This document shows positions 47,763-56,026 of a stretch of 64,000 nt of DNA, in pieces. Origin of the DNA: a virus; IMG/VR virus record IMGVR_UViG_3300009151_000041, positions 1 through 64,000 of that record; one strand, 5' to 3'. The notes beneath the pieces are model-generated. The model was not told the DNA's origin. It did no database searches and worked only from the letters and a program-made list of their open reading frames with translations. The position numbers and the translations under genes are program-made. Position 1 is the stretch's first letter. Each line of letters starts with the position of its first letter.

Positions 47763-48119
47763 TCAGGCCTTTGCAGCCTCAACCAATTGCTCAGCGGTAA
47801 CAGTAGCTTTAGCCTTGGCTTTGACGCCAGTGGCAACCACTTTGACTTCGCCTTTCTTGGCAACCTTGGCACGTTCGGCCAGCTTGTTGGCTACCACGTA
47901 GCCAGCATCACCTTCAGTAATGCCCAGGGTCTGCAGGTGTTGCAGGGCTTCCATCTTGGTCATTGCACGGGGCAATTCTACCAAGTTGATCTCAGTGCAT
48001 CCAGCCTTGTTCAGGATCTTGATGCGGGCCACCAGGTCGTTTGCAAAACGAGCCTTAACGGTGCCATCGGCGTTGATTGCGGTACCAGCCACGGTAAAAG
48101 TTTTTTCAGTTGCGGACAT
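47763..48119 (-). CDS. Conserved basic hypothetical protein
   Basis: Has its own promoter and terminator; F.VAG.....G..K.RFAND. Confidence 0.7.
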   Translation of the reverse strand: MSATEKTFTVAGTAINADGTVKARFANDLVARIKILNKAGCTEINLVELPRAMTKMEALQHLQTLGITEGDAGYVVANKLAERAKVAKKGEVKVVATGVKAKAKATVTAEQLVEAAKA

Positions 48120-48187
48120 AATGTTGCCTTTCAAAGTTTACTTACAGAGTTTAAAAAATGTTTTGCATCGCTGCTCAACATATCAAT

Positions 48188-48216
48188 ATTATAGCAAAAG
48201 AGCAGATTCTGGTCAA
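48188..48216 (-). promoter_or_regulatory. sigma70-type early promoter TTGACC-17-TATAAT
   Basis: Read directly. Confidence 0.8.
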
Positions 48217-48390
48217 CCACTTTTGCAATAATTTTGATTTGATTTGCCCAAATCACTGGGCCAATTCCTTGCTTTGGGTTTGGATAGTTTGCACACCTCG
48301 GTCAAACATTCGAGCAATGCCCGAAAAGCCAACGGCGCTAACCACCAAGCCTAAAATGAATCCAATTATGAGTTTGCTCATGACATTTCC

Positions 48391-49170
48391 TTATACAATT
48401 TTAACACGGTTCAGTTGAGTTTTACCATCGCGGTGACCTTTTACTGTGCCGGCAATGCTGAAGCGATCACCTGCCGCAAGTGGATTACGATAGCTGAAGA
48501 ACACAGGCTGGTCAGCAACATTCACAGCAGTGATCCAGTAGATGTTGTAGTTTTGGCTGTAATTGGCACTCACAATCTCCACATCCATGCCCACCTTGTC
48601 ACCAACAGAGCCAACCGTACCACCACGGGCCATCTGTATGCGGGCTTGATGTTCTTGACGAGCCATACTGCGCAAACGGCTTTGGGGCAAGCAGGCAATC
48701 ACAGCCAATTCATATTTGTGCTTTTGCGGAAAGAAACGATTTGTTACTGCCAGCACCTTTGAGGTGGCTTGATCAAAGTCATTCAGCTGACCCTTGAGCG
48801 CACGGAAGGTAAGATCATTGCGCAGGAAATTCTGGCATTCCGCACCTTCTGCAATATCTTCTGGCAGGAGACATTCGGGGTGATGCAGGAACTGCAACAT
48901 GACGTCACGATTGCGTGGCGTGGTACTCAGCACTTCGCCCTGCTCGCCCATGATGTTGCGACCCTCTTTCAGATACTCACCGTTGATGCGTTGAGCGGCA
49001 CAGGCCGCGGCCCACACATCTGCTACAGCATAGCCGGGATGCCCGCCACCGGGTGTGACTTGCACAGCACGACGTGGACGGTATTCTTCGGGGGTGTGAT
49101 CATCAGCATGGCCCAAGCGAGCCACGTCTCGAGCACTCCGGCCGGTGACGTCAATAAAACCTGCCATCAT
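48391..49170 (-). CDS. Hypothetical protein with C-terminal OB-fold
   Basis: VG.VG.K...V.I...GTVK.H.DG.TQLNRVK; GGAG RBS. Confidence 0.65.
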   Translation of the reverse strand: MMAGFIDVTGRSARDVARLGHADDHTPEEYRPRRAVQVTPGGGHPGYAVADVWAAACAAQRINGEYLKEGRNIMGEQGEVLSTTPRNRDVMLQFLHHPECLLPEDIAEGAECQNFLRNDLTFRALKGQLNDFDQATSKVLAVTNRFFPQKHKYELAVIACLPQSRLRSMARQEHQARIQMARGGTVGSVGDKVGMDVEIVSANYSQNYNIYWITAVNVADQPVFFSYRNPLAAGDRFSIAGTVKGHRDGKTQLNRVKIV

Positions 49171-49180
49171 GTTTGGCTCC

Positions 49181-49420
49181 TTAGCAATAAAAAGGTGTAC
49201 GGAAGCCCAGGGCGGAGTACACACATTCGCGCACAGCGGTGTCAGTGGCTTCGCCAAATTCTGCCTGCTCACTCAATGCACACAGAGCGCGGTAGGTTTG
49301 GGGCCACGTCAACTTGTTCTCACGGGCACTCACAACCACGGCGTGAACTGCGGCGTTGCCGAGTTCGGTGAACATGGCATAGTCTTGCACGGCACCAGTC
49401 ATGTTGTATTCAATTTCCAT
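49181..49420 (-). CDS. Hypothetical early protein
   Basis: Promoter plus AAGGAG RBS. Confidence 0.65.
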   Translation of the reverse strand: MEIEYNMTGAVQDYAMFTELGNAAVHAVVVSARENKLTWPQTYRALCALSEQAEFGEATDTAVRECVYSALGFRTPFYC

Positions 49421-49450
49421 TTTGAACTCCTTTTTGCTTAACATATCCAT

Positions 49451-49479
49451 ATTATAGCATTTTGGCAATTATTGGTCAA
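49451..49479 (-). promoter_or_regulatory. Early promoter repeat TTGACC-17-TATAAT
   Basis: GGTTGACCAATAATTGCCAAAATGCTATAAT. Confidence 0.88.
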
Positions 49480-49489
49480 CCGTTTTTGT

Positions 49490-49963
49490 TTATACTACTT
49501 CAGTAGTACTTTCCAACGCCTCGCTCAACAGCGTCAAACGCTTGCTGAGGGGGTGGGTGTTTTCGTAAGTGGTACCAACATACCACACGCCATCTTTCAT
49601 GATGTAGTAGAACTCAGCACCACAGCCGTCTGCCTGCTCCAAGAATTCTTCAAAGGTGTTGGCAACTTTCCACACACTCACTTCGCCGCGATCACGGCCA
49701 TAAAAGGTGCACCAGTCCCGAGTGAGCTCTTTGTATGCTTCCACTTCTTCTGGCGGCAGGTCAAACTGGCTAAACGCATGCTTCTCACCAATGCTAGGAC
49801 GCAGGCTACTCAGATCACCAAGTGCTACGAGTTGATTGGCTTTGGCTGAATCATAGTACTGGTCAAGAATCTGGCCATTGTGTTCCAGATAGCCATCCCA
49901 ATGGCAGTAGATTGATTTGACTTTGTCACCATGCATGACACCAATGCGTGAATTTGTACTCAT
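49490..49963 (-). CDS. Conserved hypothetical early protein
   Basis: MST.SRIG, IYCHWDGY motif. Confidence 0.7.
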   Translation of the reverse strand: MSTNSRIGVMHGDKVKSIYCHWDGYLEHNGQILDQYYDSAKANQLVALGDLSSLRPSIGEKHAFSQFDLPPEEVEAYKELTRDWCTFYGRDRGEVSVWKVANTFEEFLEQADGCGAEFYYIMKDGVWYVGTTYENTHPLSKRLTLLSEALESTTEVV

Positions 49964-49988
49964 ATCCTACTCCTCTGTTTAAAATCAA

Positions 49989-50017
49989 ATTATAGCAAAT
50001 TGGCCGTTATTGGTCAA
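49989..50017 (-). promoter_or_regulatory. Early promoter repeat TTGACC-17-TATAAT
   Basis: Read directly; the -35 box contains the stop codon of the upstream gene. Confidence 0.88.
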
Positions 50018-50280
50018 CCAAATTCACACATGTACTGGGCCACAGTAGGGTCCAGTTTCACAAGGTCCCGAGCGGCTCCGTTGAGTTCGCGGTAACGGGC
50101 CTGCACTTGGCTCCGGCTCAGTTCACCATCACAGCTCAAATTTTCAGGACTGAGAGCGCAGTCAATCACTTCGGCCACTCGCTTGCGACCTGCCGCAGTT
50201 GCAACCTCGTAAGGTGTGTGATTGCCAAACATGGCATTCCATTTGTTCTGACGATCAATGTAGGCTTGCAGTGCTTTCAT
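50014..50280 (-). CDS. Hypothetical early protein
   Basis: LSPENLSCDGEL motif; promoter plus RBS. Confidence 0.7.
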   Translation of the reverse strand: MKALQAYIDRQNKWNAMFGNHTPYEVATAAGRKRVAEVIDCALSPENLSCDGELSRSQVQARYRELNGAARDLVKLDPTVAQYMCEFG

Positions 50281-50310
50281 TTCAACTCCTTTTTGTGTTA
50301 ACTAGTCTCT

Positions 50311-50339
50311 ATTATAGCAAATTGGCAATTATTGGTCAA
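50311..50339 (-). promoter_or_regulatory. Early promoter repeat TTGACC-17-TATAAT
   Basis: Nearly identical to the copy at 49451. Confidence 0.88.
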
Positions 50340-50521
50340 CCAAAATAGTTTTCCACAGCATCCTCAATGCCTTCTTCGAAGGTATCGCTGTAAAAGCCCT
50401 CGATGTCCTGCTCAAAGAACTTCATCAGTTCTTTCTTAGAAGGAGTCTTGCCATTGAGTTCTTTGGCGTAAGCCTTGACTGATTTGATAGCATGTTTTGG
50501 AACAGTGATAGTGATTTCCAT
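50336..50521 (-). CDS. Hypothetical early protein
   Basis: Promoter plus AAGGAG RBS. Confidence 0.65.
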   Translation of the reverse strand: MEITITVPKHAIKSVKAYAKELNGKTPSKKELMKFFEQDIEGFYSDTFEEGIEDAVENYFG

Positions 50522-50551
50522 TTGGAACTCCTTTTGCGTTAATATGTCCAT

Positions 50552-50580
50552 AGTATAGCAGATCGGGAATTATCGGTCAA
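50552..50580 (-). promoter_or_regulatory. Early promoter TTGACC-17-TATACT
   Basis: Read directly. Confidence 0.8.
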
Positions 50581-50587
50581 CCAAAGG

Positions 50588-50614
50588 AAAAGCCCTAGTG
50601 TTAGTAGGGCTTTT
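50588..50614. terminator. Bidirectional Rho-independent terminator
   Basis: AAAAGCCCTA-N7-TAGGGCTTTT. Confidence 0.85.
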
Positions 50615-50628
50615 GTAGTACTTGAGTA

Positions 50629-50838
50629 TTACTTTTTAAACTCGCGTTGCACATAGTACTTGACCAAAGATCGCTGGCACATGGTGATCAAGTCCCCATG
50701 GTCCTCAGGCACAATAAAGCGATATGGGCATCGTCCCCAGGACTTGTGCGTGACAAACTGATTGTACCAGCGTCGGTGTTCTCGGTTGGCAGGATCAAAC
50801 ACAGTGTACGGGCGACAATTAAATTGCAGAATGCTCAT
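50629..50838 (-). CDS. Hypothetical protein
   Basis: FDP.N.EHR...W..CP.RF; has an RBS. Confidence 0.6.
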   Translation of the reverse strand: MSILQFNCRPYTVFDPANREHRRWYNQFVTHKSWGRCPYRFIVPEDHGDLITMCQRSLVKYYVQREFKK

Positions 50839-50847
50839 GCAGTTTCC

Positions 50848-51402
50848 TTAGGTAAAATCAAATAATTTTTCCATGGTGGTTTTTGCCACATACGGCTTAT
50901 TGTCTATGTGGGATTCATCTTTGATATTCCCAATTGGTAACTTGTAGTGAGCATCCTTGTATTCTTTGATCAGTTGTCTCTCAAGTTGTTTAACATGAAA
51001 ATGTTCATCTGCAACACTCGGGCTTTCGACTCTGGTTAAATCGCGAACGATAATTTTCATGCCTTTGCGATTTAACCGAGTATTTGTTTTGGCGAGATAT
51101 CTATTATCAATATCTCGCATGTCATCACCGGCTGATCCATCTGCCAACTGCTTGAGCCAACCTTCAAGATGCCCAGACTGGCGATAGATGCGTTCGCCAG
51201 GAATTGATTTTTTATCAACACTAATACCGTGCTTGATTATTTCGTCATTGTATTCAAAGGTGTACACATAATTTATTGTGTTAAACCCTTTTACAATTGC
51301 AGAAATTTCCACTGGAGCATTGATTTTTTCTAGGTCAATTTCGTAGATTAGATACGGTGATGTTTGTTTAACTGTGCAAGCTGTCATTGTGTTTGTCCTC
51401 AA
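50848..51402 (-). CDS. GIY-YIG-like nuclease domain protein
   Basis: VY.F.....IIK.GIS...R...LE..LI..Y......P.GN pattern. Confidence 0.55.
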   Translation of the reverse strand: MRTNTMTACTVKQTSPYLIYEIDLEKINAPVEISAIVKGFNTINYVYTFEYNDEIIKHGISVDKKSIPGERIYRQSGHLEGWLKQLADGSAGDDMRDIDNRYLAKTNTRLNRKGMKIIVRDLTRVESPSVADEHFHVKQLERQLIKEYKDAHYKLPIGNIKDESHIDNKPYVAKTTMEKLFDFT

Positions 51403-51962
51403 TTAATTACAAGATGTTTGAAATATTCAAAATGTTGTTCCAGCGTCCATGTTTCTGGATCAATTGGTGTTCCATCATGTGTTTCAAACTCAGCTTCAAA
51501 CACTTGACTGTACCGTCGGAATGGCAGCCACATGTCTGGTGTGTGACTGGCCCAACCGGCGTCTTTGAGTAGAGCGTGTTTTACTCGGCTCAACTTTACT
51601 GTTGGTGCATTCAATGCCTGTTCAACAGTGATTGCCCCGGTCAACAACAGATCTCGAATGCGTCCCAACGGAATCAAATGTTCAAAGTCTGTTTCGATGT
51701 CGGCCCCTTGCTCATGGTAGTGTGCAGCCATGTTGTCGCGTTGCTTGATGCAGTACTCGTGATACCGACGAATTTTTTCATCAATGTCATTGCGGATTTC
51801 TCGCAACAATTGCTGATCATTTTTTATAGATCGATATTCATGGACGAATTGAACCAACTGGGCGTTACAACGTGTTGCCACTGTTTTGTAGGTTTCTGTA
51901 GTACGTTTGGTTTTGCCATACACCGGAGCAGTAAACTGTTCAAGTGATTCTTGTAGGGTCAT
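51399..51962 (-). CDS. HNH/His-Me-finger-like protein
   Basis: DFEHLIP motif with downstream H and RY. Confidence 0.5.
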   Translation of the reverse strand: MTLQESLEQFTAPVYGKTKRTTETYKTVATRCNAQLVQFVHEYRSIKNDQQLLREIRNDIDEKIRRYHEYCIKQRDNMAAHYHEQGADIETDFEHLIPLGRIRDLLLTGAITVEQALNAPTVKLSRVKHALLKDAGWASHTPDMWLPFRRYSQVFEAEFETHDGTPIDPETWTLEQHFEYFKHLVIN

Positions 51963-53017
51963 TTTTGTTCTCCTTCGGGAAACAAGCCCGGGGCAACATT
52001 GCCATCGGTAATGCCCATTTTAGCACCTTCGCCGTGGTAGGGCAAACTCAACTTGGTACCACCGTTGCGAATATACAACTCACGCATGAAGTTGCTCATG
52101 GCAGTTGGTGCAGTCCAGGTGCCGCCCGGATTCACATGTTCCCATTGTACTTTGGCCTTGGCATGTATCAACCCGGAACTCTTGAATGTTTTCTTAACAA
52201 CATCTAGCAGTTCGCCTATCCAACACTCGGGCAACGCTGTGGTTTCGGTACGGCTCAACTTGTGCAATTCTAACAGGCCAATGTAAACACCTTGGTCAAT
52301 TTCTTCTTGCAGTGGAAAGCAAATCTTGATAGAATTCAAAATTTCAAATAACACTTTGCCCTTTTCATCAACCTCAATGCCTTTTTGTGCATATTTAAAG
52401 TGGCTGAAGAAGTAGTCGTTGTCGCCACGCAGGTTGTCACTTGCACGTGAGCCTTTGTCTTGCAAGTCAATACCAGCGGCGTCAAATTGATCTTGCATGG
52501 TTCTAGCATGAACCACTTTGATATCTCGACTGCCATTTTTGTAACGTACCAAGGCGTTGCGGTGCAAGTCTCCAGGAGTAAGACGTTTTACACCTGTGTC
52601 GTTGAGCATCTCAAAGGCATAACTTGCAAAGTTTGGATCTTCTGTTTCTACCACAGCACAGGGAATTTCTCTAAAGCCCAAGATACCTGCGGCAATGGTA
52701 CGATGCTGGGCGTCATACAAATAGATATTGTCTTTACCAATCAACCGGCAAGCGGATCCTGGTGAGCAGATGCGTGGATCCCATTTACGCATGATGTTGA
52801 TAATGTGCTTGTGCAATACATCACGCTGAACTTCATAGTCAATCCACAGATCTTCAATCTGGATCATTGAACTGACAGGGTATTTGTGACTAAGAGCTCT
52901 TGCACGGGTGCGCCATGCATCAAGTTCTTTTTGTGTGACGTTGTAATGTGCTTTGAGTTGAGTTTCAACTTCGGCAATAACGTCAGTGAGTTTGCGAGTA
53001 AGGCGTTTTGCAGCCAT
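51959..53017 (-). CDS. ParB/Srx-like (DGQHR-type) domain protein
   Basis: L.ID...QR, YDAQHR, F...N motifs. Confidence 0.7.
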   Translation of the reverse strand: MAAKRLTRKLTDVIAEVETQLKAHYNVTQKELDAWRTRARALSHKYPVSSMIQIEDLWIDYEVQRDVLHKHIINIMRKWDPRICSPGSACRLIGKDNIYLYDAQHRTIAAGILGFREIPCAVVETEDPNFASYAFEMLNDTGVKRLTPGDLHRNALVRYKNGSRDIKVVHARTMQDQFDAAGIDLQDKGSRASDNLRGDNDYFFSHFKYAQKGIEVDEKGKVLFEILNSIKICFPLQEEIDQGVYIGLLELHKLSRTETTALPECWIGELLDVVKKTFKSSGLIHAKAKVQWEHVNPGGTWTAPTAMSNFMRELYIRNGGTKLSLPYHGEGAKMGITDGNVAPGLFPEGEQK

Positions 53018-53093
53018 TTTTAATTTCCTTTTAAAATGATGCGCAATGCATCTGGGTTCGAGCCGCCTAGTACCATACTTGGCTAGCCCTTGT

Positions 53094-53122
53094 AGTATAT
53101 ATGATTATGATTAAATTGTCAA
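53094..53122 (-). promoter_or_regulatory. sigma70-type promoter TTGACA-17-TATACT
   Basis: Read directly, upstream of the DGQHR operon. Confidence 0.8.
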
Positions 53123-53123
53123 C

Positions 53124-53450
53124 CTATACAATAGCCGCTTTCTGAGTTTGTCGATCACTATGAAACACAGTTCCGATGCGTCGAATGGTGTCAGCGGCTG
53201 TCTGGGGCGAGGCCTCAAACATTTCAACAATGTCGTCTTTTGTGATGCCTTTCACAGTTTCAAACACATAGATTTCATAATGCCGCTGAGAGTTAAACTG
53301 AGCCCGGAGACGCCAGTGCATGATGTTGGGAGGCTTGGGCGGTTCTGTACCTTTGAGTAGGGCAAAGGTGGTCTCAGCGGGATCGGGCAACAGCTCCACA
53401 GCCTCAAGGCCATTGCAGTCCCACATCACCACAAAACGATTGTTTTTCAC
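53124..53450 (-). CDS. Hypothetical protein
   Basis: WDC.GLE, LRA..N.QRHYEIY. Confidence 0.65.
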   Translation of the reverse strand: MKNNRFVVMWDCNGLEAVELLPDPAETTFALLKGTEPPKPPNIMHWRLRAQFNSQRHYEIYVFETVKGITKDDIVEMFEASPQTAADTIRRIGTVFHSDRQTQKAAIV

Positions 53451-53671
53451 AGACGGAACCTTGATAACACAGAGCAGGCTTCGGTCATGTCTTCCACTGC
53501 TTCGTCATCAACCAGAGCCAGTTCCGTCATGGCCAATTCAGTGCGAGCACGGCGGAACAAGTCTGCGGCATATTTAAAATCGTCGTCGGTGGCCATGTGA
53601 TACCAGTCTTCCATGGTTTCACGATCTGCATTAAGCAGGAAGTTAAGATTGTCGCGGTCCCAGTCGTTCAT
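53447..53671 (-). CDS. Hypothetical protein
   Basis: Promoter plus GGAG RBS. Confidence 0.65.
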   Translation of the reverse strand: MNDWDRDNLNFLLNADRETMEDWYHMATDDDFKYAADLFRRARTELAMTELALVDDEAVEDMTEACSVLSRFRL

Positions 53672-53696
53672 TTGAATCTCCTAAAAACATGCTGTA

Positions 53697-53725
53697 AGTA
53701 TAGCATGGTAGGGATTTTGTGTCAA
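53697..53725 (-). promoter_or_regulatory. sigma70-type promoter TTGACA-17-TATACT
   Basis: Read directly. Confidence 0.8.
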
Positions 53726-53744
53726 GTACTACTGAAGTATTGGT

Positions 53745-53987
53745 TTATGACCACTGTAGCACAAACGCAAAAAAGTCACGGTCAGAATCAAAGTAAAAAA
53801 TGTATCGGCCTGGTTTTTTGTCTGTGCTGCCTTCAACCAGTTGCCAGCGCCATTCGGCTATCAGTTCGGTCTTGCACCAGGCCAACACACGGTCTAGCTC
53901 GCCGTAGGGCTTGAGTATTTCACGGGCATAGCGAAAGCTGTCCCCTGGGCGTATTTGTAAGGTGGATTGATGTCTCAACAGGTTCAT
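53745..53987 (-). CDS. Small WC...F-x-F...F-x-L-x-W family protein
   Basis: AWCK...YIFYFDSDRD..AFVLQWS. Confidence 0.6.
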   Translation of the reverse strand: MNLLRHQSTLQIRPGDSFRYAREILKPYGELDRVLAWCKTELIAEWRWQLVEGSTDKKPGRYIFYFDSDRDFFAFVLQWS

Positions 53988-54796
53988 CAATTGTATGTAT
54001 TGACAAATTCCTGCGTTTGTAAATTTTGATCCAGCACATGGTTGTACATGATATTTTTCACTGTGTTTAGGCGTTCGGCTTTGTTGCGACTGCCCAAGAC
54101 CACAATCACATACTGTTGGGCATTTTGTTCTGCAACCAGGCCCACGCACCAACCTGCACTAGAAGTTAGTCCAGTTTTGCTTACTACAATGTTGTCAAAT
54201 GTAAACAGGATCGTGCCCGAAGTATGGGCCAAACGAATGGTTCGGATCTGTTTTTTGTAGCGAGTTTCAAATGCCACTTGTTTTTTGGTGCTGGTATCGC
54301 GAATGAACCAATAGTTTGCAGCCACAGTCATCATCACAGCTACATCATGCACCGTGGAGGTATTGCCTGCACCCAAGCCACTTGCATCTTCAAACCGTGT
54401 GTGCTTGAGATCCCAGTTTTCAGCATGCCTATTCATTTCTTTAATAAAAGCCGTTCTGCCACCAGGGTAGTCTTCTGCTAAGGTTTCGGCTGCACCATTG
54501 TCAGATTTTACCAACATGGCTTCTAACAGTTGTTCTCTAGTGTATTGTTGCCTAGGCAAAAAACTGCCCACCCGCCGGGTCAGCGTAAGTCGTCTGCTGA
54601 GATCCTTGTCATAGTCCAAGGCAACCATAGCAGTCATGATCTTAGTTATTGAAGCAATAGCCCGCACACGGTCCGCATTACGACTCAGTTCAACCTTGTG
54701 AGTGGTAGAGTTCAGTAGTAATACTGAGTCTGAATTTGGTGCAGGCCTGGCATGAGCCAAGTTTACTGCCAGCAACACAAACAAAATCCATTTCAT
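53987..54796 (-). CDS. Peptidase S11 D-Ala-D-Ala carboxy/endopeptidase (PBP7-like)
   Basis: Signal peptide, ASITK (SxxK), SDN, KTG. Confidence 0.9.
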   Translation of the reverse strand: MKWILFVLLAVNLAHARPAPNSDSVLLLNSTTHKVELSRNADRVRAIASITKIMTAMVALDYDKDLSRRLTLTRRVGSFLPRQQYTREQLLEAMLVKSDNGAAETLAEDYPGGRTAFIKEMNRHAENWDLKHTRFEDASGLGAGNTSTVHDVAVMMTVAANYWFIRDTSTKKQVAFETRYKKQIRTIRLAHTSGTILFTFDNIVVSKTGLTSSAGWCVGLVAEQNAQQYVIVVLGSRNKAERLNTVKNIMYNHVLDQNLQTQEFVNTYN

Positions 54797-54803
54797 AGTC
54801 TAC

Positions 54804-55007
54804 TTATCTCCACTTCAATGAAAATGCTGTGGCATCTTTTTCGTGTTCGAACATGAAAAACGTATTGCCAAATATCGCCCTAACATGCCAGATATAGTAA
54901 GGCTCATTCAACCAGCCACCTGGACCAATGTTCTCTTCACACCACCGCACCATTTCATTTTGTAAATGATGACTGTGCTGGTCAAACACAAATTCAATCA
55001 TGACCAC
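54804..55007 (-). CDS. Small F-x-F...F-x-LKW family protein
   Basis: WCEENIG...FMFEHEKDATAFSLKW. Confidence 0.65.
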   Translation of the reverse strand: MVMIEFVFDQHSHHLQNEMVRWCEENIGPGGWLNEPYYIWHVRAIFGNTFFMFEHEKDATAFSLKWR

Positions 55008-55345
55008 TTCAACATGAACCAGGTCAGGTCCTTTTCATCTCTAAACCAAAATTTAGCATTGTTGGCATACCAGCGTCCATTGGGATTGGTCTTCCAAGGT
55101 GAAGATAGTTCTCCAAATGCATGATTGCACCACAACATCATGTCGTCCCACATTCGGCGACTGTCTTGCCATTCAAGATTGCGTGGTTCCACTGTGTGAT
55201 ATCGAGTGCCAAACACTGTGCCGGTATCACGCACCAATTGTACATCTTTGTAGTAGCCCATACTTTTCAATACACTGCGGTCAATCTCGGCGGCAAGTTG
55301 TTTGGCGGCTGTGTCAATAATATCTTGTTCTATGTTCATGACCAC
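54998..55345 (-). CDS. Small F-x-F...F-x-LKW family protein
   Basis: WCNHAFG...FWFRDEKDLTWFMLKWS. Confidence 0.65.
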   Translation of the reverse strand: MVMNIEQDIIDTAAKQLAAEIDRSVLKSMGYYKDVQLVRDTGTVFGTRYHTVEPRNLEWQDSRRMWDDMMLWCNHAFGELSSPWKTNPNGRWYANNAKFWFRDEKDLTWFMLKWS

Positions 55346-55548
55346 TTGAGTTGATAAAATGTTGCTAGTGCCGGATCTCGAAAACTAAACACTGTATGGT
55401 TTGGGCGTTCTTGAGTGAACCCATCCCACTGTGGAGGATGGTATGCCCATTCAAAATCTTCATTCACGACCAAGCCATCGCGAATCAGTTGGTCTTTCAA
55501 TTGAAAGATCTCAATGAGTGCTATGTCTGTAATGACAACTCTATGCAT
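55336..55548 (-). CDS. Small F-x-F...F-x-LKW family protein
   Basis: FSFRDPALATFYQLKWS. Confidence 0.6.
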   Translation of the reverse strand: MHRVVITDIALIEIFQLKDQLIRDGLVVNEDFEWAYHPPQWDGFTQERPNHTVFSFRDPALATFYQLKWS

Positions 55549-55763
55549 CGGGCCTGTCCATTTCTCAACACAAATAACAGTCTATCCTGTGGATCACGAA
55601 ACCACCATACCATTTCATTTATGTTGATTTGAGTGATGTAGCGATCGCCCGGCAGGCCAAATGTTTCTATGCCCCAGACAGACACTTCATCCCACTTGGT
55701 TATGGTGTCGTACGGTCTGCCCCAGGCCAACCAGGCACCGTGTGGAAATTCACGGTCGTGCAA
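55521..55763 (-). CDS. Small family protein (start uncertain)
   Basis: W.IETFG...WWFRDPQD.LLF.LR. Confidence 0.55.
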   Translation of the reverse strand: MHDREFPHGAWLAWGRPYDTITKWDEVSVWGIETFGLPGDRYITQININEMVWWFRDPQDRLLFVLRNGQARCIELSLQT

Positions 55764-56004
55764 GCCAGTCAACTCGTATGATACTGTCGCACTTGACCCA
55801 ATCTCGTTCGTAGTACAGTCGATTGTCTTGGATGCCAAAGTGGTTGCAGAAACTTTGTCCATATCTCATGTTCATCAATGCGTCCCAAGTGTATTCGCGC
55901 TTCCACAGTTCATAGTCTTCTATGCTGACACTATTGTCTTCAACCAGTTCTTGATAGTCTTCAGTCATGTCACTGACCATATTTGCAAACACAGTTTCGC
56001 CCAT
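55750..56004 (-). CDS. Hypothetical protein
   Basis: RYGQSFCNHF. Confidence 0.6.
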   Translation of the reverse strand: MGETVFANMVSDMTEDYQELVEDNSVSIEDYELWKREYTWDALMNMRYGQSFCNHFGIQDNRLYYERDWVKCDSIIRVDWLARP

Positions 56005-56026
56005 AAACACCTTTAGAGTTAAAAAA

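Noticed and set aside
49451-50580. Regularly recurring ~30-bp repeats as a possible CRISPR array
   Set aside because: The intervals are whole genes of variable length, the repeats are sigma70 promoters, and no cas genes are present.
53040-53095. GGTTCGAG resembling a tRNA T-loop
   Set aside because: No cloverleaf, acceptor stem or anticodon arm could be built.
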